This document shows positions 40,001-52,000 of a stretch of DNA of 64,000 nt, one piece after another. The translations under genes and the position numbers were made by a program. Within the stretch, counting starts at the first letter, position 1, and every line of letters begins with the position of its first letter. Below the pieces are notes generated by a model that worked only from the letters and a program-made list of their open reading frames with translations, made no database searches and was not told where the DNA came from. The stretch is taken from contig NC_086097.1 in NCBI RefSeq assembly GCF_963921235.1, positions 46,006,001 to 46,070,000 on the forward strand. The letters are read 5' to 3'. Origin of the DNA: Mobula hypostoma (Eukaryota).

Positions 40001-43000
40001 GAGTGCGTGGAATGGGCTGCTGGCAACATTGGTGGAGGCAGATACAATAGGGTCTTTTAAGAGACTCCTGGACAGGTATATGGAGCTCAGAAAAATAGAG
40101 GGCTATGGGTAACCCTAGGTAATTTCTCAGGTAAGGACATGTTCGGCACAGCTTTATGGACCTAAGGGCCTGTATTGTGCTGTAGGTTTTCTATGTTACA
40201 ATATTTCACCTTTCAGCCTTAACCTCTGAACTCTACTTCTAGTCTCACGCAGCCACAATAGAAAAACATGCATGCATTTACCCTATCTATACCTATCATA
40301 GTTCTGTATAACTAATCTTGCCCTATTTTCCAACACTCCAAGGAATAAAGTCCCAATCTATTTAACCTTTCAATATAACTCAGGACCTCAAGTCCTGGCA
40401 ACATTCTTGTATATTTGCTCCGCACTCTTTCAATCTCATTGGTATCTTTCCAGTAGGTAGGTGACCACACAATAGTCCAAATTTAGCCTCACCAATTGTC
40501 TCGTACAACTTTGGTGACATAACATCAATATGCTTGATTTATGGAGGCAATGTGCCAAAAGCTCTCTTTGTGACCCTATCTACCTGTGACCCTCCCTTAA
40601 CTACTTTGAAGCACTTGACATGTAGGTTGCACTCTGTATCAGTACCTTTCCTTTCTATAAAGAATACCATACCAAGGCAGAAATAAAAATAACTTCCTTT
40701 TCTTTCTCAGTTAAATAACCACCAGTTACAGTGTCTCAATGTGACGATGTCCTGTCCTTTCTCTCAGTATGGATGCAATTACCAGGTTAGTATATTTTAA
40801 TCATTTTATTCCTATTAAAGTTTAGCTATGCTGATAAGTCTAGCTGATCAAATTCTAGCTGTAGAACTTGGAATAATTGGAGACATCTTAAAAGTCAGGG
40901 ATTAGGCAGTTGGATTCTGGCAGTGTTGCAATCTGAAGGTTCTTCGGGTGTCAAGTAGAAGCCTAAAATCTTAGAGTGTAATAAGAACAAAAAATGAAAT
41001 GAAATGATGGCAAGAAACAAAAAGTTGTGGTTGTCCTATACTTAAAAGCCAGCTGAATCCAAAAAGATAACAAGGCGTTCATGATAGCAAATAACCCATG
41101 AAATAGCCAGTTTCAAGTGGCTATGAATCCACTTATTCACAGTGACACCTGTGACACTTGCTGCAGAAAAACTAAGAACCATTGAGGAAAGCCCAGATTC
41201 AGCTATACTACAATTACTGGAAAATTCACTGAACAGTTATATGTATGATTATGTGAATTACATGGGCAATTATACAAAAATCCAAGCAAGCACAAGAGAA
41301 GTTAAACTATGAGAAAAACGCAAACAACAGGAATTCTGCAGATGCTGGAAATTCAAGCAACACACATCAAAGTTGCTGGTGAACGCAGCAGGCCAGGCAG
41401 CATCTCTAGGAAGAGGTACAGTCGACGTTTCAGGCCGAGACCCTTCGTCAGGACTAACTGAAGGAAGAGTGAGTAAGAGATTTGAGAGGGGGAGGGGGAG
41501 ATCCAAAATGATAGGAGAAGACAGGAGGGGGAGGGATGGAGCCAAGAGCTAGACAGGTGATTGGCAAAAGGACCAAGAAAGGATATATGGCTGTGATAGC
41601 GAGTCTGAGTCAAAATGTGGTCGAAAAGTTGAAGAGCCGAAGAAATTACAGATGGGGAGCAGTGAGAGTTGGTTTCACTAAACTCCCCTCGAAGAGAGGA
41701 TCTAAACTTCTTCGGTGTAGGCATCACCGGAAGAGGCTTCGCAGTAGTGAATTTAAAAACGCAAACAACAGGAATTCTGCAGATGCTGGAAATTCAAGCA
41801 ACACACATCAAAGTTGCTGGTGAATGCAGCAGGCCAGGCAGCATCTCTAGGAAGAGGTACAGTCGACGTTTCAGGCCGAGACCCTTCGTCAGGACTAACT
41901 GAAGGAAGAGTGAGTAAGAGATTTGAGAGGGGGAGATCCAAAATGATAGGAGAAGACAGGAGGGGGAGGGATGGAGCCAAGAGCTAGACAGGTGATTGGC
42001 AAAAGGACCAAGAAAGGATATATGGCTGTGATAGCGAGTCTGAGTCAAAATGTGGTCGAAAAGTTGAAGAGCCGAAGAAATTACAGATGGGGAGCAGTGA
42101 GAGTTGGTTTCACTAAACTCCCCTCGAAGAGAGGATCTAAACTTCTTCGGTGTAGGCATCACCGGAAGAGGCTTCGCAGTAGTGAATTTAAAAACGCAAA
42201 CAACAGGAATTCTGCAGATGCTGGAAATTCAAGCAACACACATCAAAGTTGCTGGTGAACGCAGCAGGCCAGGCAGCATTTCTAGGAAGAGGTGCAGTCG
42301 ACGTTTCAGGCCGAGACCCTTTGTGAGGACTAACTGAAGGAAGAGTGGACTATGAGAAAAACAATGATTTTACGCTAAAATCTAAACAGCAGAAAGAAAA
42401 ACCTATAATTTTCATTGTGTTATAGCAATTATAGGCACGATGCAATGTGTAAAATGAAATTCACACTTTTATGAGCTAACCTTGCTTGCTAACTCCAGCT
42501 GAACTTTACATTGTGAAGCTGAATTCAAATGTTTTTCTCTTGTTTCCTTCACCATCATTGAACTTTCTTCTGCTTCGTTCTTGTAGGGAAACAACCAAGA
42601 AATGAAAGTGCATGAAGCTAGTACAATGGCCCAGCATTTAAAATACGTGCTGCTGAAGAACGAACATCTTGAAAAAACGGTAAAGAGTGGAAAAAGTCCA
42701 ATCAAAGTGTTTTGTTTTTAAAGTAAAGGCATTATCCAGCGGGCAAAATGAATAGTGTGCCTAATACATACCTGATCACTTTTATTTTGGGGCGTGTCAG
42801 TGTTCACAAGTTTGAAATTGTTTGGGAGAGACGAGAGATGAGAGAGTTGTTGGGAGAGAAGGGCAAATCTGCAGATTACTCATACAGCTTGCCCAGCAAA
42901 GTGCTTGTGAACCGGTTGTGTGTCTTCATTGTTCTCCAGAGATGAAAGCTGACACCTGTATTAAGATCTTAATGTGTCACTGGCTTTGAATACTGAACTG

Positions 43001-46000
43001 TAGAAATTCTTGCTTTGGAACAAATAGTTGAATCATTGTTCAGGTATGTGCATTTATTGCAGCAAAACCAATCCCTGAAGGAGAGCTGTCAGTATAGTTG
43101 ATATCTTTTCTGAGGGCTGTTTATCCTTATCCAGTATGGTACTATGTTGTCATTATTCAAGGTGTCAGTGTCACTTAAATATCTAAACTTCTATAGAGTT
43201 ATCCTAGCTTACATGCTACTTTATGTTTTTTCTCATCGCAACTTTGGGAGAAAACATTACCTTTTACTCATTACTCAGAAAGATGATCAGCTTGGTCCCT
43301 GATTTCTTCCTTTGATATAGTGAAGGGATCATTACAATTACGTTAAGGGGAAAACCAGAATAGCTTTTTGCCACAGTTATTCACGTGAATCCTGCTAGAA
43401 GCACCGTGGATTCTGGTTAATTACATTTGACCAGTACATTTTGGCCCAATTAAGCGTCTGGCCCTATTACTGAAGTTTCGTGGAAATAGTTAAAAGGAAA
43501 AGAAAACAAACTACCATTTAACTGAGTAGCTCTTTATGTGCTTAAATAAATACAAAACAAGTTGAACACTACCAGTACCTCTACAGTACTATATAACTAT
43601 ATTAGTTCCTAATAGTTATTGATAGAGGTATTCACCTGGAGCATTCTTTTGATTGATTATGAATGAACAAAATTAGCACAGACACCTAGTGCAGATAATG
43701 GACTGCTTCCGTACAATGTTTTAGATGACAGCATCCTCCAAATCTACATTTTCATTGTAACATTCAAGACTCTTGTACGTACCTTTGTAATTCCTAACTT
43801 GTTGAAGAAGTAAGATCATTTCACTTTCACTCCCAGCTGTTTCTGACATCTCCAAACCTGAGTGCTTGAAACCCACAGTGAGTGAAACTGTTCCCGAATT
43901 GTCTTAACTGCTTATTTCATGCTAACTACCAGCTGATAAAAATCACTGCTTTTTGAACACAAATGCGTGTAACTGACGCTATTTAAAACCGATCACTGTA
44001 AACACGGAGTAGTGTCTAACAGCCACACTGGTGCGTTGACTGAAGCTAGTTAGAAGCAGTTCAGCAACAGTCTTCTGCCCCATTAAGCAGCATAGTGTCC
44101 CAAATAAATGACGGGAACCTTGGCTATTTTCTGGATTAGTTTTTGTCCTTTAAACCTTGTCCCAAATAAGCAGCTGCCCTGATTAACAGTGGTCCAATTG
44201 ACTGGATCCACTGTACTTGTGAATACACGTGCAGCCAACCTCTCCTGTACCTATGACAAGATGATCAATGAGGTCTTCTAAATGAGTGAAGTTCTAATCT
44301 GGTGCTGGTGTGCCTTTAAGCAACAATTAGCCAATACTAGCGGTAGGTTTAAGTTTTCTGTTTCACTTTCAGCTTCAGAGAAAACACTACAAAAAACTAA
44401 ACTTGTGTTTCCTTCTGTGTTTGAATGTGAACATAATTTTATTTAAAAACAGGAGGTTCTTACTATCCTGGGTGATGAGTCCCAGCAGACTCTACTGAGT
44501 ATAGTTTCACATGAAGCTCCATTGTTCATGGTCTTGTGGTTTCTCATTCTGGAAGGTAGTTTAACCTTTTGGAAACGCCACCACACTCAGCTACATATTT
44601 GCACCATAATATCTGGGAATGTTATAATTACAGTAGTTATCAATATCTAAACAGACTGCTCATTTTATCTTATTGATTACGTTCCCTCTAACATTTTTTT
44701 ACAGCTGGGCAGACCAACCATTGCTCTGAGCAGGAAATTATTACACTGCCTGGAAATTATGTGGCACTTTATATTAACATTATATAAAATAAATTCCAGC
44801 TGTGCTGCAACAAAGGCTATGTGTGTGGGAGCATTTGGTTATTGCGCGGCCACATACCTACGCAGCTTAGAGGGAACAGTGGTTATTGCTGCTGTCTCCC
44901 CCCCCCCACCCCCCGTCTCCTTTCTTCTCTCTGTCTCCCTCTCCATCGTCTTCTCACTCATTTATAATTCGCCTTAGAGAATTACAAAGTAGATAGTTTG
45001 TTGGGGGCTGTGAGTATTAATGTTAACACAGTTTAGCCTTAAAATGTTATACCGAATTAAGAAGTGGCCTAATAAAATGAGAAGCTGCTACTAAAAGGAA
45101 TTTATTGTTGTAAGATTGTTTTGACTATGGCTGATTTCAGCTGACTGGTATTGAGACTGGTTATATTGCTCGGTACATTTTTAATGATCCTGCCACCAAG
45201 GTCAGTGGATATACAAAGTTATCTGTATTTTCTTTATTCTGTAAATATGACAGACCCAGTTAATACACCATCTAGTGGTCTAATTGATGTCCGGAGCTAA
45301 AAGGGTGATGTGGATGCTGAACTGGTGAACAAGCTATTAAAGGCACATGGTGTGTCACATTATGGTGCTGCAAATTCCACCCCCGCCACCACACTTGAAA
45401 TGCCCATGTTTAAAATAGACAATTGCTCATTCCAGCGAAACGGCAATACTTATTTGCAGTCATCTCATTTTAAAAGTTGCCAGCTACAGATGTTGGTGTG
45501 GTTGATGTATCTTGGGCTTAAAAAGCAGTGTCTATTCATTCGATTATAGAAACTACATTCAAACTGAGAGGTAATCCATAAAAGTGTTAATATTCCACTA
45601 TGAAGAGCAAGGCCTACGGGTATCCCATTTCAACACTGTTGATGATGAAGTTTCATGCATCGAGTGAAGGCTTCACATCTGCTTGGGTTGGGATGAAGGC
45701 TGCTGTCAGGATAGCTGAAGTGAATTCCTGTGGCAGATAGTTTGGGCGGCACTTTGCCATTCAAAGTCTGTTGAGCTGCGGCTTGCCGGAACCATCACGA
45801 CCAAGCATCATAAGGAGTGAATTAGTAAGCAGACTCTTACTTTGCTCAAGGACGCCATGCACTTCATTCGGAAAATGCCAAGGAAGGCAAGGCCAGGCCT
45901 TTTTTTTTTTTGTTTAAAATCTTATTGCTTGTGTTCGAAAAAGAGACTTTTAAGGCTGCATTATACTTTGAAAAGCATGAAGACATGTTAGGCTTCTGAT

Positions 46001-49000
46001 GCTGAGTCACACTGGAACATGTTTGGCAGGGAAATTCATCATTATTTCTGAAGCACCTCACAGAACAGGTTGGATGATATCATTTCGTCTGTCTGAAAAT
46101 TGTGATATCCACCTGACCAACATACAGTGAGTTTGCTTTTCTGGGTTGTTGAGAAAGATAGATTTGGCATTGCTTCAATGAGGAAAGTACTCCCAACTCA
46201 TCAATATTGCCTGGATTGGGGAGTATGCCTTATGAAAACAGGTTGAGTGAACTTGGCCTTTTCTCCTTGGAGTGACGGAGGATGAGAGGTGACCTGATAG
46301 AGGTGTATAAGATGATGAGAGGCATTGATTGTGTGGAGTCAGAGGCTTTTTCCCAGGGCTGAAATGGCTGCCACAAGGGGGCACAGGTTTAAGGTGCTTG
46401 GGAGAAGGTACAGTGGAGATGTCAGGGGCAAGTTTTTTACACAGAGGGTGGTGAGTGAGTGGAATGGGCTGCCGGCAACGGTGGTGGAGGCGGATACAAT
46501 AGGGTCTTTTAAGAGACTTTTGGATAGGTACATGGAGCTTAGAAGAAAAGAGGGCTATGGGTAACCCTAGTAATTACTAAGGTAGGGACATGTTCAGTAC
46601 AACTTTGTGGGCCAAAGGGCCTGTATTGTGCTGTAGGTTTTTTATGTTTCTATATTCTCTTCAGCAGATGTAAGATGTGGGTTTCATCAGATGAAAGGAA
46701 GAAAATAATAATACTTTAAAAATCATCAGAAAGAGAATGATTGGGAAGGAGATTTCAGTTGGCATATTCTTCCAAAGTTCACTTGCTTACAATTTGGATG
46801 GAGAGATTGGGAAAGATCCACTCTCTGAATATGGTGCTAGAGCAATAATCGATCAAGTAACCCCCAGAGATAAAATCCCACGATGGAATTTAAATTCAAT
46901 CAATAATTGAGCTTTTTTTCCAAATTGTTATCATTAGTAACAATGATAAGAAAACGGATTGTTGTGAAAACCCATCTAGTTCACTGAAGTCCTGCTGGGG
47001 AGGGAATTGCCCAGTCTGGTTCACGTGGGACTTCAGACTCACTCCTTTGGCTGACTCCGAAATAGCTGAGCAGTCAACTCAGTTCAAAGGGTGATTCAGG
47101 GTTGCCAAGAAATGATAGATGGTCTTTCTAGTGCTACCTCGTTCATGAAAAATAAATAAATTTTAGAAATCAAGAATCATCAAAGGAGCTCATTTGTCAT
47201 CTGATGACTGTAGCGAATTGTTTGTTTCCATGGAAAATAGATTACAGGTTATCTGATCGAGGGATGTCGACATTTTACTTGGAATTTAATGAGATTGCCA
47301 AGCACCGGTTTTAAAACCCTAGAGTCCTTATTGCAGCAAGTAGTCAGAATCTGTAAATCAGTAGCCATGCAAATGACTGAGAGGTGAGATTGCAAAACCA
47401 AAGAGTGGCTCAAGGAGAGTTTTGTTTTTGAAAATATTCAGATGATAGTTCCTCAGATCCTCTTCATGATGGTCAGTATCACCTGAATTGTTTCAACTTT
47501 CAATAGATTTAACATTCTCAACACTCAAGTTTACTTCAGCTTTTAATGTTCACTTCTCTTATTAATAAAGTGACGTATTGTACTGTACTGTGAAAGCTCC
47601 AGTTACCGATCAGCTTTATCCGCTCGCATTGTTCTGCTTTCTTTCTGAATCATTCATACAACATAATACATTTTACAGCCTTCCAGTTTTAAAACAGAGT
47701 TTAAGAACTTCAGACCTTAACCACCACACCCACTTTTTCGCTGAGCAAATGTTACTGGGGTAACTGCACCCAGAACCACAGGCGGCAACAAAAGTTAAGA
47801 TGGAATTTGAATGTGGAATTGCATTCACTTATGACTAACACATGTACTGAGATACGGTAGAAAACTTTTGTATGCTATCCAGACAGACCGTGACATGTAT
47901 ACTTATATCAAGATCTTAAAAAGAAAGCAATACAGAATATAGTTTTTCTTTTACAAAGAAAGTGCAGTGTTGGTAGATAGATGAAATGCAAGGGGACACG
48001 ATGAGGTGGATTGGGAGATCAAGAATTTATCTTTTAGCCTATGCGAGGTCTATTCAAGAGTCTGATAGCAATGGGATAAAAGTTTTCCTTGACTCTAGTA
48101 GTCATTTCACTCAAGGTTTTGTTTCTCCTGCCTGACTGGAGAGGGAAGAAGAGAGAGTAACTGAGGGAGGGTGGTTCTTTGATTATATTAGCTGTTTTGC
48201 CAAGGCAACAGGAAATATAGACAAAGTTAACGATTAGGATCCTGGTTTCTCAGATAGGCAGGTTGCATTACAACTTTCTGCAATTTCTTGCAACTTAAGA
48301 CAGAGCAGTTGCAGCACCAATCTGTTACGCATCTGGATGGGATGATTTCTATGGTGCATCTATAAAACTCGGTAAGGTTATCAGGGACATGCTGAATATC
48401 CTGTACTTTCTGAGGAAATAGAGGTGTTGGGGTGCTTCCTTGGCTGTAGCATTCATATGGCTGGAGCAAGACATATTGTTGGTGATATTTATAGTGCATC
48501 TTGGAACTTGAAGCTCTCAACCATCTCCAACTCAGCATCATTGATAGAGGCAGGGCCTGCACTCCACAAGGCTGCCTGAAGTTAATGACCGGGTCCTCCT
48601 CTGTAACTGAAGATCTTTTTTTAAAAAAAAGCTACAAATGCTGGAAATGTGAAATAAAAGAAAACAATGCACATACTTACCAGTCAGATGGCACATGTGG
48701 AAAGAGAAAAGGTTAACTTTTCAGAATGAAGACTCACCCCGCCCCGCTGTCTGCTTTCTTTCCACAGATGCTGCCTGACTTGCTAAGTGTTTCCAACATT
48801 TGTAGTTTTGTATTTCTCCTCCTGCTTTGCACATGCAGAGTTTACCTGCAGCTCTCCTACCAGAAAAGCCTGAGCCGCAGATATTTCTCTTTTGCCATAA
48901 TTTACATGCTTCTATCCTCTAGTGTTTTACCCCATTCACTAGACATCTTTTGTCACTATTATATTGTGCATCTCCTGGTTTGCTCAAGGGTCAATAAAGT

Positions 49001-52000
49001 TAAATATTAACTCTGTTCACTTATACTGCCTTCCTTCCGAAGTAAGAACAAAGCTTTCTGAAGTTATTGGAAGTATTTGCTTTAGAACCAGTTTTCCTGT
49101 TTTGAGTTTAACTTCTTGTATTGCACAAATCCCATGATGGGTTCCTGATGTACCACAAATGGGCAGTGAATTATCTAGTGTTTGCCAGGGCTGGTGCCCA
49201 AGAAGGGCCATGGAGCTTGGCAGCTGGTTTATTTTGTTGTTGAAATATGATACATCAGGAACTGATTACATTAAGGACGTTATTTAGCTGGAAAGGTTGT
49301 CGAAAAGATTCATAGTGATGTTATCGGGACTGGAGCCTTTAGTTATAAGGAGAAGCAAGATAGACTTTCTTCCCCCCTTGGAATACAGGAGTCTGAGGGG
49401 CAACCTTAGGTGCATATAAAATTGTGAGCAGTATTGATAAGGTGCATAGGCACATTCTTTTTCTTTGGGTAGGGCATTTTGAAACTGGAAGACATGTATT
49501 TAAAGTGAGAGGGGAGAAATTTAAAAGGGACCTGAAAGAAATCTTTTCACAGGTGGTGGGAATACGCAACGGACCGCCAAGAAAACTGGAGTGGTGGGTA
49601 TGTCGTTGCCCATTAACTGGAGTCTGAAAACTCATACTTGTTCCTCAATCACACTTTATTTACTTGTGCACAAAGGAAAGCAGCGTGGCTCCTGTCACTG
49701 CACTGTTCTGAAGTTTGAGCAGAGCAATGCCATTTTTATGTAGAATTGGCTAGCAGTTACAAATACTGACCACCTGGTAAACTGTGGGTTGTTTATATTC
49801 CTTATTTGTATAATGGATCGCCATTCACATTGCAGGTGTTAAATGACACTTTGAAGTTAGTAAAGTGATTGTCCACTAGTCGGAGTGTGCATTGCATTCT
49901 TCCATCACATCCTTTTCGTGCCAAATGGCTGCAGGTTGATGCCATCCAAAGGGAAAGTATGCTCTTCAAGGGCTTCTCTTCAAAGACCTTTCTCACCTGG
50001 GTTGACTGTATGCTATCTGTCAACTATCCTTGCCTGGACATTACCTTAATCCTGCCCATGCTGCAGCTTCAACAGGTACTATAATAATGTTTAAAAAGCA
50101 GTTAGACAGGTGTACAGATGGAAAAGGTGGAGATGGATATGGGCCAAATGCAGTTATATGGGGCAAGTTCGTATGGCTTTCTTGGTCAGAATTGTTGAGC
50201 CAAAGGGCTTGTTTCTGTATTGTATAACACACTTTATTCTGCAGATCTCAATATGCAAAGTACTTAAAGATATTGGTGGTGCATTGAATTTTTTTTGGGA
50301 TCATGGCGAGATGTAGACTAATGTCCTGATCTCTAGAGATCACTTGTTAACTTTTTTTCTGGATTACTGAAGCTAATGAATTTTGATATCTCTAATAAAA
50401 ATCTACGTTTAAACTTAGTCAATGAGAAGGTTCACAACTGTAGAAACTGTTCTCTGATTCATCCACATCCTTTCCATGTTGTTTAATCTGGCCGTCGTAC
50501 TGATGACAAAGACTCATTACATTTGTATAGGTGTATGGTTTAATTACTTCTTTTGAATACTAGACTTTATGCATTGTGAACTCAGCCTTGTGTGAACATT
50601 TCATTTTAGATCTTAGTTGGTGAGATCGACTGTTCCAGTACACATTCATGCTAATTGTGATAAACAGTTGACTAAAATAACTAAAAATACATAAATTTGG
50701 TTTTGGGCTCGAACAAAAAGAAAACTTTGTGTTTTGGAGTTTATATGCCAATAAGGCTAAACTGATTTCTCAGAGTCGGAACCTAGCCCAGCAGTAATTT
50801 GGTGAACTGGTTAACGCAGAAAATTCTGCAATAGTTATACTTCAAGAATTGCTAATGACATGACAAAAACAGAAATGCTCATATTTTTGCAATAATAGGG
50901 TAAAAAAAATTATTGATAAATATTACATCCTTAACTCGCTGAGCAATTGCATGGATGCCTGTTTGAGGTTCCTTTTTTCTATTTCTATGAAAACATGTAA
51001 TTTTTTGGAAACTTGTAACAGTTTCTTCATTTTTAAAGATGTCATCCTTTCTGAGAGCTGGCTGTGGGTTGAGATCCCGCTCCAAAGGCTTGAGCATGTA
51101 ACATGGACTAGCTCATTCGGCAGGATTTAATGATTAATTTTGTTTCTTCATTTATGAGATGTTGCTGTTCCTGCAAGACCAGCATTTATTGTACTGTATG
51201 TAGTATGTAGAATGTAAATTCAGAAGAAGAGCTGGCTTTTTTATCCTGTTGTTAGGAGGTAGAGAGCCTAGTGACATGGTTACATGGCAACTACCTTGCC
51301 CTCAATGTCAGCAAAACAAAAGGGCCAGTCATTGACTTCAGGAAAGAGGAGCAATGCACATTGCTGCTGTTTACATCCACATGAGGATTGAGAGCTTCAA
51401 GTTCCTAGGAGTGAATATCACCAACGACGTATCCTGGTCTAACCATGTAGATGCTATGGACAAGAAAGCTCTTCAATGGCTCTACTTCTTAGGAGGCTAA
51501 ACACATTTAGACATCTGCTGTCACCAAGTTTGGTTGATGCACCATTGAAACAAAAGAAGTTGACTGCAGGGAGTTGTGAACACAGCTCAGCACATCATGA
51601 GACCAGTCTCCCCTCCATGGTCTCTGTTTTCACTTTTCACTGCCTTGGTAAAGCAGCCAGCAGAATCAAAGAGCTCACCCCCTTGCACACAGTCTACACT
51701 CCCATTGGGCTGAAGGTACAGAAGTGTGAACACATGGACGAACAGACTCAGGGACAGGTTTCTATTGCACTATTATAATGGTTCCCTAGTACGGACTCTC
51801 AACCTCACTATCTTGTTTTGATCTTGGACCTTATTGTCTACCTACTCTGCAATTTCTCTGTAACACTTTATTCTTCACGCTGCATTGTTTTAGCAGTATT
51901 CCCTCTAGACACTGTTATGACAAATTGATCTACAATCTGTTGCTTAGTACATGTAACCATACTAAACTAACTTGCCAATTTATTTACTTGCACTAGGTTT

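Larger units (their letters stand above)
41320..42348 (-). mobile_element. Tandem array (about 2.35 units, period 441 then 435 bp) of an internally deleted Penelope-like element with hammerhead motifs (retrozyme-like)
   Basis: Near-identical direct repeats anchored at 41319, 41760 and 42195. A 14-bp TSD ACTATGAGAAAAAC lies at 41306-41319 and 42349-42362. Each unit has an ORF start (MPTPKKFRSS...TRYHSHISFLG) fused to a pyrimidine-rich Penelope-type 3' end. Confidence 0.85.
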
